DNA of 34,300 nt from a virus (taxonomy: Duplodnaviria; Heunggongvirae; Uroviricota; Caudoviricetes): the IMG/VR virus record IMGVR_UViG_2778261246_000006; one strand, given 5' to 3'. A program made the position numbers and the translations under genes. Below are positions 1 to 8,881 of this stretch, piece by piece; within the stretch, counting starts at the first letter, position 1, and every line of letters starts with the position of its first letter. The notes beneath the pieces are model-generated. The model saw nothing but the letters and a program-made list of their open reading frames with translations, searched no databases and was not told where the DNA came from.

Positions 1-1032
1 TCAAAAACTTGCTATTGATGTTGGTAGTGTTGCCAGCGGATTAAACCGTAATGCAGTTTCCAGGTGATCCGGTGCCAGATGTGCGTAACGCATAGTCATT
101 TTTATATCGTGATGCCCGAGAATTTTTTGTAAGGCCAGGATATTTCCACCCGACATCATGAAGTGCGCCGCAAACGTATGGCGCAGAACGTGTGTCAGTT
201 GACCGCGAGGGAGCACGATAGACGTTTTTTCCATCACGGATAAAAATTGAAAATAGCAGTCTGTAAAGAAATTGAACCCATCAAGCGCCATGATCTCTTC
301 GTAAAGCTCTTTACTGATAGGGATGCTTCTGTTTTTCTTCCCCTTCGTTCTTACAAAGGTAATTCGGTATTTGGTCACCTGTGAGCGGGTAAGATTTACG
401 GCTTCACGCCAACGTGCGCCTGTGCTTAAGCATATCTTAACTACCAGTGCCAGAATTGGGTCCTGACGTTTGCAATCAGCCAGCAATTCAACAATCTGCT
501 CATGGGTAAGCCATGCCATCTCTTTTTCTGCGATGGTGAATTTTCGCATGTTCTCCAGTGGGTTCGGATACGACCATTCGCCCAGGCGGGATAGTTCGCT
601 AAAAACACTACTTAGATAGCTTTGCTCCAGGTTAATGGTGACCGGGCTTGCTCCTTTCTTCCATTTCTCGCTGAAGTAGATCTCACCTGTCAGGCGTTTA
701 TCTCGATAGTGGGCAAACATTTTAGATGTGAGATCAGTTGCAAGGGGATTGCCCAGAGCGTCAACCATCAGCAGCAATTTGTCATAGACATGCTGCCCAG
801 CAGTCAGTGATTTACCATGTAGTTTGAACCATAGCTCAACCACGTCTTTCAGTGTTCGACGATCCACTGATTCACCCAGCCAGGGCTTTGCTTCGGTTTC
901 TTCCATCGTGTGACGCTCAAAAGCCAGTGCTTCGCCTTTGGTGGCGAATTGTTTACGCACACGACGCCCACTACGTCCGGCGGGGTAACATTCGCAAAGC
1001 CATTTTCCTGTGGTGAGTTTTCGTACAGCCAT
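1..1032 (-). CDS. int: Tyrosine integrase (P2 Int family)
   Basis: Translation from MAVRKLTTGKWLCECYPAGRSGRRVRKQF shows recombinase boxes (TGARWRE; HVLRHTFAAHF; MRYAHL catalytic Tyr). GGAGGG RBS 8 nt upstream of the ATG at 1032; the ORF-track start at 1188 is probably an upstream in-frame extension. Confidence 0.9.
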   Translation of the reverse strand: MAVRKLTTGKWLCECYPAGRSGRRVRKQFATKGEALAFERHTMEETEAKPWLGESVDRRTLKDVVELWFKLHGKSLTAGQHVYDKLLLMVDALGNPLATDLTSKMFAHYRDKRLTGEIYFSEKWKKGASPVTINLEQSYLSSVFSELSRLGEWSYPNPLENMRKFTIAEKEMAWLTHEQIVELLADCKRQDPILALVVKICLSTGARWREAVNLTRSQVTKYRITFVRTKGKKNRSIPISKELYEEIMALDGFNFFTDCYFQFLSVMEKTSIVLPRGQLTHVLRHTFAAHFMMSGGNILALQKILGHHDIKMTMRYAHLAPDHLETALRFNPLATLPTSIASF

Positions 1033-1220
1033 AAAAAATGCCCTCCAATAGAGAGCATTTTTACTGTATGTATAACCAGTGTCAATGTATGAAATCCTGC
1101 GACCATACATCTCACTGAAGCCATAATGAAGTAGGCTATTCTTTTTGCTATGTGAGCATGTAACTTTTGCGGTTAACCTGTGGCTCATTTTTATTTTAGG
1201 CGCAGATATAAAAGCAAAAG

Positions 1221-1412
1221 TTATCGTGAGTTTTTAGTACAGATTTTTTTGGATTTACTAATAGTTCCATCATTGCAAACGAATTTGCCATCAGAGGTAC
1301 AGTGAGAAACACCTCCCTTTTTCCCTGAGCAGGGATAATTTCTAGCATAGGTAGCTAGTGGGTTTAATAACAAAGAACATGACAAAACCACAAAAAATAC
1401 CTTACCAAGCAT
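1221..1412 (-). CDS. Small secreted cysteine-rich protein (63 aa), candidate moron
   Basis: N-terminal signal-peptide-like segment [23 protein letters not shown], then about 40 aa with 4 Cys; GGAGG RBS 6 nt upstream overlapping the CI stop; AT-rich. Confidence 0.45.
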   Translation of the reverse strand: MLGKVFFVVLSCSLLLNPLATYARNYPCSGKKGGVSHCTSDGKFVCNDGTISKSKKICTKNSR

Positions 1413-1427
1413 AATTTCCTCCCGGTA

Positions 1428-2003
1428 CTATTTAACATACTTGACTGTTAAACTTATAATTTTACCAATTATTTCAATGTCTTCTATCTTGCATTCGAAG
1501 GCTCTGTTTCCACCCTCGACGAAGATTCTTCCACCGGGTAAACGAGTAATGTCACGGATCGTTATTTCGCCATCAATACTTATTACCCATTTACCATCAC
1601 GTATATCATCAAATTCCTTATCACAAATAAATTCAGAATTATTATCTGTGATTACAAAAAGATTCTTGAATGCCGACGGTAGAAATTCTCTATCGAAAAT
1701 ATAAAAACCGTCTTCACACAAGGCCCCATCAGATAATACATATTTAGCAACTTCCATAGTATTTGTATTACCTGAAGTTTGCTTTGAACCATGCCCGGTT
1801 GTGAGCCAATTAAGCGAGGTGCCTGTTTCAAGGGCGCACTGGATTACCCATTCTGCTGGGAATGAGTCACGCATGTAGCGTGTGGCGAGTGTACTTTTAG
1901 AGATTCCTAAATGATCGCACAACGCCTGTCGAGTCTTGAATCCATAAGCTTCTACCATGCGCTCTATAGCGCCTCGTCCGCCTTTCTCCAAATTCATGGT
2001 CAC
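1428..2003 (-). CDS. cI: CI-type immunity repressor (phage 186 CI-like, 191 aa)
   Basis: N-terminal HTH-like region (ALCDHLGISKSTLATRYMRD); size and position (divergent from apl/cII, upstream of int) match the 186-type lysogeny operon. Confidence 0.8.
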   Translation of the reverse strand: MTMNLEKGGRGAIERMVEAYGFKTRQALCDHLGISKSTLATRYMRDSFPAEWVIQCALETGTSLNWLTTGHGSKQTSGNTNTMEVAKYVLSDGALCEDGFYIFDREFLPSAFKNLFVITDNNSEFICDKEFDDIRDGKWVISIDGEITIRDITRLPGGRIFVEGGNRAFECKIEDIEIIGKIISLTVKYVK

Positions 2004-2021
2004 TCCAAGTGAACTTTTATC

Positions 2022-2050
2022 TTGACGATTTCACTGTGCGATCGTATGTT
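2022..2050 (+). promoter_or_regulatory. Candidate sigma70 lytic promoter (pR-like): -35 TTGACG, 17-bp spacer, -10 TATGTT
   Basis: Hexamers with 17-bp spacing in the CI/apl divergent intergenic region; flanking inverted repeat GTGAAC (2010-2015) / GTTCAC (2057-2062) could be operator half-sites. Confidence 0.45.
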
Positions 2051-2122
2051 TATGGTGTTCACAAAATACAAACGATCCGTATTCGTCCTGATTAATCATC
2101 ATTAAACGAGGAATGTTGCATC

Positions 2123-2344
2123 ATGAGACCTAACATTTCAATCACTCTTACCACGCCTCATGTGACTATTGAACGCTATAGCGAGCTGACAGGGCTATCC
2201 ATCGATACCATCAATGACATGTTGGCTGATGGACGCCTTATCCGTCACCGTCTGCGCAAAGATAAAAAACGCGAAAAAGTGATGATCAACATAGCAGCAA
2301 TGACCGTTGATGCGCTTTCAGAATGCAATCTAAACCTTAATTAG
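2123..2344 (+). CDS. Apl/Cox-like excisionase and transcriptional regulator (73 aa)
   Basis: First gene of the rightward early operon, divergent from CI; HTH-like segment [21 protein letters not shown]; GAGGA RBS upstream. Confidence 0.6.
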   Translation: MRPNISITLTTPHVTIERYSELTGLSIDTINDMLADGRLIRHRLRKDKKREKVMINIAAMTVDALSECNLNLN

Positions 2345-2370
2345 TTCGATTCTGAGATACATCAGAGGCA

Positions 2371-2886
2371 TTGACCATGTTTGATTACCAAGTTTCCAAA
2401 CATCCACATTTTGATGAAGCCTGTCGTGCATTCGCATTGCGCCACAACCTGGTGCAACTGGCAGAACGTGCTGGCATGAATGTGCAGATTCTGCGGAACA
2501 AGCTGAACCCAGCTCAACCTCATTTATTAACCGCACCAGAAATCTGGCTGCTTACCGATCTGACTGAAGATTCAACGCTGGTAGATGGTTTTCTGGCACA
2601 GATTCATTGTCTGCCATGTGTACCGATTAATGAGGTGGCAAAAGAGAAACTGCCACATTACGTCATGAGTGCAACCGCAGAGATCGGGCGTGTTGCTGCA
2701 GGTGCGGTATCTGGCGATGTAAAAACCTGTGCCGGTCGTCGTGATGCTATCAGCAGCATTAACTCTGTAACACGACTGATGGCGCTGGCGGCTGTTTCAT
2801 TGCAGGCCCGTTTACAGGCTAATCCTGCGATGGCGAGTGCAGTTGATACCGTGACTGGCCTCGGTGCTTCATTCGGTTTGCTGTGA
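2371..2886 (+). CDS. cII: CII-like lysogeny establishment regulator (186 CII family, 171 aa)
   Basis: Position after apl; size and sequence character resemble 186 CII as recalled from memory (not verified by search). Confidence 0.7.
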   Translation: MTMFDYQVSKHPHFDEACRAFALRHNLVQLAERAGMNVQILRNKLNPAQPHLLTAPEIWLLTDLTEDSTLVDGFLAQIHCLPCVPINEVAKEKLPHYVMSATAEIGRVAAGAVSGDVKTCAGRRDAISSINSVTRLMALAAVSLQARLQANPAMASAVDTVTGLGASFGLL

Positions 2887-2893
2887 GGTGCTT

Positions 2894-3094
2894 ATGCTGA
2901 CGAAAGAACCATCATTTGCATCGCTGCTGGTAAAACAAAGCCCGGCAATGCACTACGGTCACGGCTGGATCATGGGTGAGGATGGTAAACGCTGGCATCC
3001 GTGCCGTTCACAAGATGAATTGCTGGCAGAACTATCTACGAAAAAACGGGGGAACAAATGGCTATTGAAGGCACTGCGGCGACTGTTCCATTAA
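2894..3094 (+). CDS. Small early protein (67 aa), possibly Fil-like
   Basis: ORF with GAGGTG RBS before the ATG at 2894 (MLTKEPSFASLL...); function assignment is a guess from position in a 186-like early operon. Confidence 0.35.
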   Translation: MLTKEPSFASLLVKQSPAMHYGHGWIMGEDGKRWHPCRSQDELLAELSTKKRGNKWLLKALRRLFH

Positions 3095-3399
3095 GCCCCG
3101 GTGAACGCCTGAATGGACTTAATCACATTGCGGAATTAAGGGCGAAAGTTTTTGGCCTGAATATTGAGTCAGAGCTTGAGCGGTTTATTAAAGATATGCG
3201 TGATCCATGGGATATCAATAATGAACAAAATAAAAGGGCACTGGCTGCCATATTCTTTATGGCAAAAATTCCAGCTGAACGTCATAGCATCAGCATTAAT
3301 GAGCTGACCACTGACGAAAAGCGGGAGTTGATTAAAGCAATGAATCATTTTCGTGCAGTGGTGAGCTTATTTCCCAGACGGCTAACCATGCCGAATTAA
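3058..3399 (+). CDS. Hypothetical early protein (113 aa)
   Basis: ORF with GGGGGA RBS; overlaps the previous ORF by 37 nt; no motif recognised. Confidence 0.45.
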   Translation: MAIEGTAATVPLSPGERLNGLNHIAELRAKVFGLNIESELERFIKDMRDPWDINNEQNKRALAAIFFMAKIPAERHSISINELTTDEKRELIKAMNHFRAVVSLFPRRLTMPN

Positions 3400-3466
3400 C
3401 CAACTAATGAAATTAATGGCGTAAACCCGCCGGGCATCCCTTTATCTAAATTCAGGAGAATTGATT

Positions 3467-3700
3467 ATGCGTAATATTGAAACCCTCACGACTAAAACTG
3501 GACCGGATGACGCAGGGCTTAATATTTTACTGACAGAGGCTCGTCTGGAAGAACGCCGGGCAAGGGCTGAAGCAATGGCAGCTCGCCTTGATAGCCTGGC
3601 GTGTCATATCACATCCCGCCAGCTAAACCACGTCGAAGCAGCAGAACTGCTGCGTGTGACCGCTGAAGCAATCCAGAGCGAAGCGCAGGAGATCCACTAA
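3467..3700 (+). CDS. Hypothetical early protein (77 aa), P2 orf80/DUF2732-like
   Basis: AGGAG RBS 8 nt upstream of the ATG at 3467; predicted coiled/helical; stop overlaps next start. Confidence 0.5.
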   Translation: MRNIETLTTKTGPDDAGLNILLTEARLEERRARAEAMAARLDSLACHITSRQLNHVEAAELLRVTAEAIQSEAQEIH

Positions 3701-3927
3701 TGGCTGATGCAATGGATCTCGTACAGCAGCGCGTTGAAGAAGAACGCCAGCGCCATATCCGTGCTGCCCGTGCCAAAACACCGGGCGTGTCTCGCGTGCT
3801 TTGTATTGAATGTGAAGCGCCAATTCCGCCAGCACGCCGCCGTGCCATTCCTGGAGTGCAGCTTTGCATTACCTGTCAGGAAATCGCAGAGCTGAAAGGC
3901 AAACATTACAACGGAGGTGTTGTATGA
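3700..3927 (+). CDS. TraR/DksA-family C4 zinc-finger protein (75 aa)
   Basis: CIECEAPIPPARRRAIPGVQLCITCQ = CxxC-N17-CxxC; stop overlaps dam start (ATGA). Confidence 0.7.
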   Translation: MADAMDLVQQRVEEERQRHIRAARAKTPGVSRVLCIECEAPIPPARRRAIPGVQLCITCQEIAELKGKHYNGGVV

Positions 3928-4781
3928 GCACCATCCTGAAATGGGCGGGAAATAAAACCGCCATTATGTCCGAACTGAAAAAACATCTTCCTGCTGGCCC
4001 GCGACTGGTTGAACCTTTCGCGGGGTCCTGTGCTGTGATGATGGAGACGGATTATCCCAGCTATCTGGTTGCGGATATTAATCCTGATTTAATCAACCTC
4101 TATAAAAAGGTTGCCGCTGATTGTGAATCGTTTATATCTCGCGCCAGAGTTTTATTTGAGATCGCAAACAGGGAGGTGGCTTATTACAACATAAGGCAGG
4201 AGTTTAATTACTCAACTGAAATTACTGATTTCATGAAAGCGGTATATTTCCTGTATCTCAATCGTCACGGTTACCGTGGTTTATGTCGCTATAACAAGAG
4301 CGGGCATTTCAACATTCCCTACGGTAATTATAAAAATCCGTATTTCCCTGAAAAAGAAATTCGCGCATTTGCAGAAAAGGCCCAGCGAGCAACGTTTATC
4401 TGCGCCAGCTTTGATGAAACGCTGGCGATGTTGAAGGCGGGGGATGTGGTGTATTGCGATCCGCCGTATGACGGTACGTTTTCCGGCTATCACACTGACG
4501 GCTTCACTGAAGATGACCAGTATCACCTGGCATCTGTTCTTGAACATCGGTCATCAGAAGGACATCCGGTCATTGTTTCTAACAGTGACACATCCCTGAT
4601 CCGTTCGCTGTATCGCAATTTTACTCACCACTACATCAAGGCAAAACGCAGCATCGGTGTGGCAGCTGGTGATAGTAAATCTGCAACAGAAATCATTGCT
4701 GTTTCCGGGGCGCGCTGCTGGGTGGGATTTGATCCTTCGCGTGGCGTAGATAGTTCTGCTGTGTACGAGGTGCGTGTATGA
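3924..4781 (+). CDS. dam: DNA adenine methyltransferase (Dam-like, GATC-type N6-adenine MTase)
   Basis: [12 protein letters not shown]-terminus, [12 protein letters not shown]-binding motif, catalytic DPPY (YCDPPYDG); GGAGG RBS 6 nt upstream of the ATG at 3924. Confidence 0.9.
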   Translation: MSTILKWAGNKTAIMSELKKHLPAGPRLVEPFAGSCAVMMETDYPSYLVADINPDLINLYKKVAADCESFISRARVLFEIANREVAYYNIRQEFNYSTEITDFMKAVYFLYLNRHGYRGLCRYNKSGHFNIPYGNYKNPYFPEKEIRAFAEKAQRATFICASFDETLAMLKAGDVVYCDPPYDGTFSGYHTDGFTEDDQYHLASVLEHRSSEGHPVIVSNSDTSLIRSLYRNFTHHYIKAKRSIGVAAGDSKSATEIIAVSGARCWVGFDPSRGVDSSAVYEVRV

Positions 4782-7192
4782 GTCATGACGATATGAGCAA
4801 CTCTAGCGGCTTTAACGAGGCCGCTGCATCATTTTCATGGAACGGCCCGAAAAAGGCCATTAACCCTTATCTGGACCCGGCGGAATTTGCGCCGGAGTCT
4901 GCACTTTCAAACCTGATCACTCTGTATGCTGCCGATAACGAGCAGGAACAACTGCGCCGCGAGGCACTGAGTGAGCAGGTCTGGGAGCGTTATTTCTTTA
5001 ATGAATCCCGTGATCCTGTCCAGCGCGAAATGGAGCAGGATAAGCTCATTAGCCGCGCAAAGCTTGCGCATGAGCAGCAGCTTTTTAACCCGGACATGGT
5101 CATTTTGGCAGATGTCAGCGCCCAGCCTACCCACATCAGCAAGCCGCTGATGCAACGTATCGAATACTTCAGCAGCCTGGGCAGGCCAAAGGCTTATTCC
5201 CGCTATTTGCGTGAGACGATTAAGCCATGTCTGGAGCGACTGGATTGTGTACGCGACAGTCAGCTATCCGCTTCTTTCCGTTTTATGGCAAGCCATCAAG
5301 GGCTTGAGGGCCTGCTGATCCTGCCTGAAATGAGTCAGGATCAGGTAAAACGCCTGTCCACCCTGGTAGCTGCGCATATGAGCATGTGCCTTGATGCCGC
5401 TTGTGGCGATTTATATGCCACCGATGACGTTAAGCCAGAAGAAATCCGTAAGACATGGGAAAAGGTGGCAGCGGAAACCCTGCGACTGGATGTTATCCCG
5501 CCTGCGTTTGAGCAACTCCGCCGGAAAAGAAACCGCCGCAAACCCGTGCCCTATGAACTCATACCGGGTTCGCTGGCACGTATGCTTTGCGCCGACTGGT
5601 GGTATCGAAAATTGTGGAAGATGCGTTGCGAATGGCGGGAAGAGCAGTTGCGTGCTGTCTGCCTAGTCAGCAAAAAAGCATCTCCCTATGTCAGCTATGA
5701 AGCCGTGACGCATAAACGTGAGCAGCGCCGTAAGTCGCTGGAGTTTTTCCGTTCTCATGAACTGGTGAACGAAGACGGCGACACGCTGGATATGGAAGAT
5801 GTGGTAAACGCCAGCAGCAGCAACCCGGCACATCGCCGCAATGAGATGATGGCCTGTGTTAAAGGTCTGGAGCTTATCGCAGAAATGCGTGGTGACTGCG
5901 CCGTTTTCTACACTATCACCTGTCCGTCACGTTTCCATTCCACGCTCAACAACGGCAGACCCAACCCGACCTGGACAAATGCGACGGTAAGACAAAGCAG
6001 CGATTATCTGGTCGGCATGTTTGCTGCATTTCGTAAGGCTATGCACAAAGCCGGGTTGCGCTGGTATGGCGTGCGGGTGGCTGAGCCGCACCATGACGGT
6101 ACTGTGCACTGGCATCTCATGTGTTTCATGCGCAAAAAAGACCGCCGCGCCATTACTGCATTGTTGCGTAAGTTTGCCATCCGTGAAGACCGCGAGGAAC
6201 TGGGTAATAACACTGGTCCACGCTTTAAATCTGAGCTGATAAACCCACGCAAAGGAACACCGACAAGCTACATCGCGAAATACATCAGTAAGAACATTGA
6301 CGGGCGTGGTCTGGCTGGCGAGATCAGCAAGGAAACGGGTAAATCCCTGCGTGATAATGCTGAATACGTTAATGCCTGGGCGTCTCTGCATCGTGTTCAG
6401 CAATTCCGCTTCTTTGGCATTCCGGGGCGTCAGGCTTACCGTGAACTGCGATTGCTGGCTGGTCAGGCGGCAAGGCAACAGGGGGACAAAAAAGCAGGTG
6501 CGCCGGTACTGGATAACCCGCGCCTTGATGCCATCCTGGCTGCTGCTGATGCTGGTTGTTTTGCCACCTACATCATGAAGCAGGGCGGCGTACTGGTTCC
6601 CCGCAAATATCACCTTATCAGAACAGCTTATGAAATTAACGAAGAGCCGACTGCTTATGGCGATCACGGTATTCGTATTTATGGCATCTGGTCACCCATT
6701 GTACAGGGCAAGATTTGCACTCATGCAGTGAAGTGGAAAATGGTTCGTAAGGCCGTTGACGTTCAGGAGGCGGCAGCCGACCAGGGCGCTTGCGCCCCTT
6801 GGACTCGTGGCAATAACTGTCCCCTTGCTGAAAATTTGTACCAACAAGGGAAAGACAAATCAGCTGATGGAGATACCAGAACGGATATCACCCGCATGGA
6901 TGACAAGGAGTTGCACGATTACCTGCACAGTATGAGCAAAAAAGAGCGCCGGGAACTGGCAGCAAGGTTACGCTTGGTGAAACCGAAACGGCGTAAAGAC
7001 TACAAACAGCGAATTACAGATCATCAGCGACAGCAGCTCGTGTATGAACTGAAGTCCAGGGGATTTGATGGCAGCGAGAAAGAGGTCGATTTACTGCTTC
7101 GCGGCGGCAGTATTCCGTCAGGAGCAGGCCTGCGTATCTTCTATCGGAACCAGCGTTTGCAGGAAGATGATAAGTGGCGAAACCTGTATTAA
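4778..7192 (+). CDS. A: Replication initiation endonuclease A (rolling-circle HUH nickase, P2 gpA / 186 A)
   Basis: 804 aa; HUH-like VHWHLMCF and twin-tyrosine YIAKYISK motifs; position after the early operon. Confidence 0.9.
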   Translation: MSHDDMSNSSGFNEAAASFSWNGPKKAINPYLDPAEFAPESALSNLITLYAADNEQEQLRREALSEQVWERYFFNESRDPVQREMEQDKLISRAKLAHEQQLFNPDMVILADVSAQPTHISKPLMQRIEYFSSLGRPKAYSRYLRETIKPCLERLDCVRDSQLSASFRFMASHQGLEGLLILPEMSQDQVKRLSTLVAAHMSMCLDAACGDLYATDDVKPEEIRKTWEKVAAETLRLDVIPPAFEQLRRKRNRRKPVPYELIPGSLARMLCADWWYRKLWKMRCEWREEQLRAVCLVSKKASPYVSYEAVTHKREQRRKSLEFFRSHELVNEDGDTLDMEDVVNASSSNPAHRRNEMMACVKGLELIAEMRGDCAVFYTITCPSRFHSTLNNGRPNPTWTNATVRQSSDYLVGMFAAFRKAMHKAGLRWYGVRVAEPHHDGTVHWHLMCFMRKKDRRAITALLRKFAIREDREELGNNTGPRFKSELINPRKGTPTSYIAKYISKNIDGRGLAGEISKETGKSLRDNAEYVNAWASLHRVQQFRFFGIPGRQAYRELRLLAGQAARQQGDKKAGAPVLDNPRLDAILAAADAGCFATYIMKQGGVLVPRKYHLIRTAYEINEEPTAYGDHGIRIYGIWSPIVQGKICTHAVKWKMVRKAVDVQEAAADQGACAPWTRGNNCPLAENLYQQGKDKSADGDTRTDITRMDDKELHDYLHSMSKKERRELAARLRLVKPKRRKDYKQRITDHQRQQLVYELKSRGFDGSEKEVDLLLRGGSIPSGAGLRIFYRNQRLQEDDKWRNLY

Positions 7193-7284
7193 TTACGCAG
7201 GTTAACAATTCGTGCTCTTAATAATACCAGGCATATCAGGCTGATGAGCGTAAAAAAACGTTTTACATCAGTAAGATTATTATA

Positions 7285-7304
7285 TACTGTAAATATAAAC
7301 AGTG
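7285..7304. promoter_or_regulatory. LexA (SOS) box TACTGTAAATATAAACAGTG, overlapping a putative promoter
   Basis: Perfect CTGT-N8-ACAG core at 7287-7302 in an AT-rich stretch 40-60 bp upstream of the 7345 ORF; possible second half-site-like element GTATACAGTAT at 7310-7320. Confidence 0.7.
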
Positions 7305-7344
7305 GTTATGTATACAGTATTGCTTTGGTGTCATAGGAGGAAAG

Positions 7345-7533
7345 ATGCAGGACTATTTTTTGGAGTCTTTGAAGCTCCAGCGCATTGATTTTTTTCTTAA
7401 GCTTGTAGCGGCTAGTGAGTGTAGTGATGAAGAGAAGGGGCTGGCTTTGCAGTGGGTTTCTGAACTGACTGATGAACTCATGGCGAAAATCAGAACCCAC
7501 GAATACAATCGCTCAATGGATGTCATCAGCTGA
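7345..7533 (+). CDS. Small protein (62 aa) downstream of the LexA box; possible Tum-like antirepressor N-terminal part
   Basis: Strong RBS (AGGAGG) before the ATG at 7345; immediately followed in another frame by the DinI-like ORF. Confidence 0.45.
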   Translation: MQDYFLESLKLQRIDFFLKLVAASECSDEEKGLALQWVSELTDELMAKIRTHEYNRSMDVIS

Positions 7534-7543
7534 GGTGACTTTT

Positions 7544-7777
7544 ATGCGCATTGAAATAATGATCGATAAAGAGCAGAAGATTAGCCAGTCTACCCTGGAC
7601 GCCCTTGAATCCGAGCTTTACCGCAATCTGCGCCCCCTGTATCCCAAAACGGTAATTCGTATCCGTAAAGGTAGCTCTAACGGTGTGGAACTGACCGGAC
7701 TGCAACTGGACGAAGAAAGAAAACAAGTGATGAAAATTATGCAGAAGGTGTGGGAAGACGACAGCTGGCTGCATTAA
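7544..7777 (+). CDS. DinI-family protein (77 aa)
   Basis: MRIEIMIDK...ELYRNLRPLYP...KIMQKVWEDDSWL matches the DinI fold pattern recalled from E. coli DinI (MRIEVTIAK...ILQETWE..DDW); GAGGTG RBS. Confidence 0.75.
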   Translation: MRIEIMIDKEQKISQSTLDALESELYRNLRPLYPKTVIRIRKGSSNGVELTGLQLDEERKQVMKIMQKVWEDDSWLH

Positions 7778-7899
7778 GAAACGTTGCTGGCGTCTGAACT
7801 TGCTTCTGGCGTCAGCAAGGTTGAACAACGAGCTGTGCGAGGCGTTAGTTGATATAGTATCAATATATAAAAGGTTTCTCGAAGTTTTAAGGTAAGGTT

Positions 7900-8619
7900 A
7901 TGACAACTATTAACAAGCATGGGTTATCTAGAACAATTCCTGAACCTGTAAAACTGGAGGTAAGGCAGCGCTGTGGCTTCGGTTGCGTTGTTTGTGCTTC
8001 TCCCATTGTTGAGTATGAGCATGTAATTCCCACATACGCTGATGCAAAGGAGCACTCTCCAAATGCAATAGCACTACTTTGTCCTACGTGCCATGCGAAA
8101 GTAACGAAACGTCTTTACTCTAAAGAGAAAATCATTAAAGCAATGGAATCTCCTGCAGCCTTACAAAAAGGGAATGTGGCCGATATATTGGACTTTTCTG
8201 ATAGGCATCCAATAATAATATTTGGTGGTGCGACGTTTGAATCCTGTACTGTACCAATAATGTTTCAAAATGAGCCATTGTTAACCATTGAAAAAGAAAA
8301 TAATGCTTTTCTTATTTCGGGTAAATTTTACGATAGTCAAGGTATTGTTAATCTTGAATTAATTAAGAATGAGTGGGTATGTAGTGCAAGGCATTGGGAT
8401 GTTCAGGTTGTCGGTCCTAGAATAACTATTATAGAAAAAAGGAAAGGTCCTCGTTTAATTATTAAAGTTGATGCGCCTGAAAGATTGATTGTGGAAAGAT
8501 TAGATATGTTGGTTAAGGGGACTCGGATTGTAGGAGACGAACACAAGCTAAGAGTCGGTCCACATCAATTTCACAACTGTGGAGTTTCAAATTGCAATAT
8601 TGGTTTCTGCTTTGGCTAA
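7900..8619 (+). CDS. HNH-motif nuclease-domain protein with unknown C-terminal domain (239 aa); cargo gene
   Basis: N-terminal CGFGCVVC...EYEHVIP...NAIALLCPTCH (CxxC/H-N-H/CxxCH arrangement); markedly AT-rich relative to flanking phage genes; own RBS. Confidence 0.6.
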   Translation: MTTINKHGLSRTIPEPVKLEVRQRCGFGCVVCASPIVEYEHVIPTYADAKEHSPNAIALLCPTCHAKVTKRLYSKEKIIKAMESPAALQKGNVADILDFSDRHPIIIFGGATFESCTVPIMFQNEPLLTIEKENNAFLISGKFYDSQGIVNLELIKNEWVCSARHWDVQVVGPRITIIEKRKGPRLIIKVDAPERLIVERLDMLVKGTRIVGDEHKLRVGPHQFHNCGVSNCNIGFCFG

Positions 8620-8732
8620 CTGGAGGTTGGAAAAAGACCATTTCCTATAAGCTGAGTATTTCGTGCATTTTTGCCAACGCATGTCTATGCCGCATGAAAT
8701 CGCATGATCGTTTGAGGATCGTTTTTGCTGAT

Positions 8733-8759
8733 GCCCGCCAGAGCTGGCGGGCTTTTGCT
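8733..8759 (+). terminator. Candidate rho-independent terminator after the HNH gene
   Basis: GC-rich inverted repeat GCCCGCC...GGCGGGC followed by TTTTGCTT. Confidence 0.4.
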
Positions 8760-8881
8760 TATGTCATGCAGGTGCATGAAAACCACTACACAAAGCGGGC
8801 AGGCGTGGCGGGGATACGAGCGCGCGCAAACATGTTTACTTGCAATTAATGTAGATATATTCTGAAATTGATAACTTACAC

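Noticed and set aside
1033-1188. N-terminal 52-codon extension of the integrase ORF (ORF-track start at 1188)
   Set aside because: The conserved integrase N-terminus and a good RBS are at the ATG at 1032; the upstream in-frame ATG lacks an RBS.
5927-6667. 246-aa ORF on the minus strand inside replication gene A
   Set aside because: Fully antisense to a well-supported long gene; no RBS or recognisable motif; typical spurious ORF in GC-rich coding sequence.
8592-8849. 85-aa plus-strand ORF overlapping the HNH gene 3' end and the downstream hairpin
   Set aside because: Starts inside the HNH gene, spans a GC-rich stem-loop, has no RBS; more likely non-coding terminator/spacer sequence.
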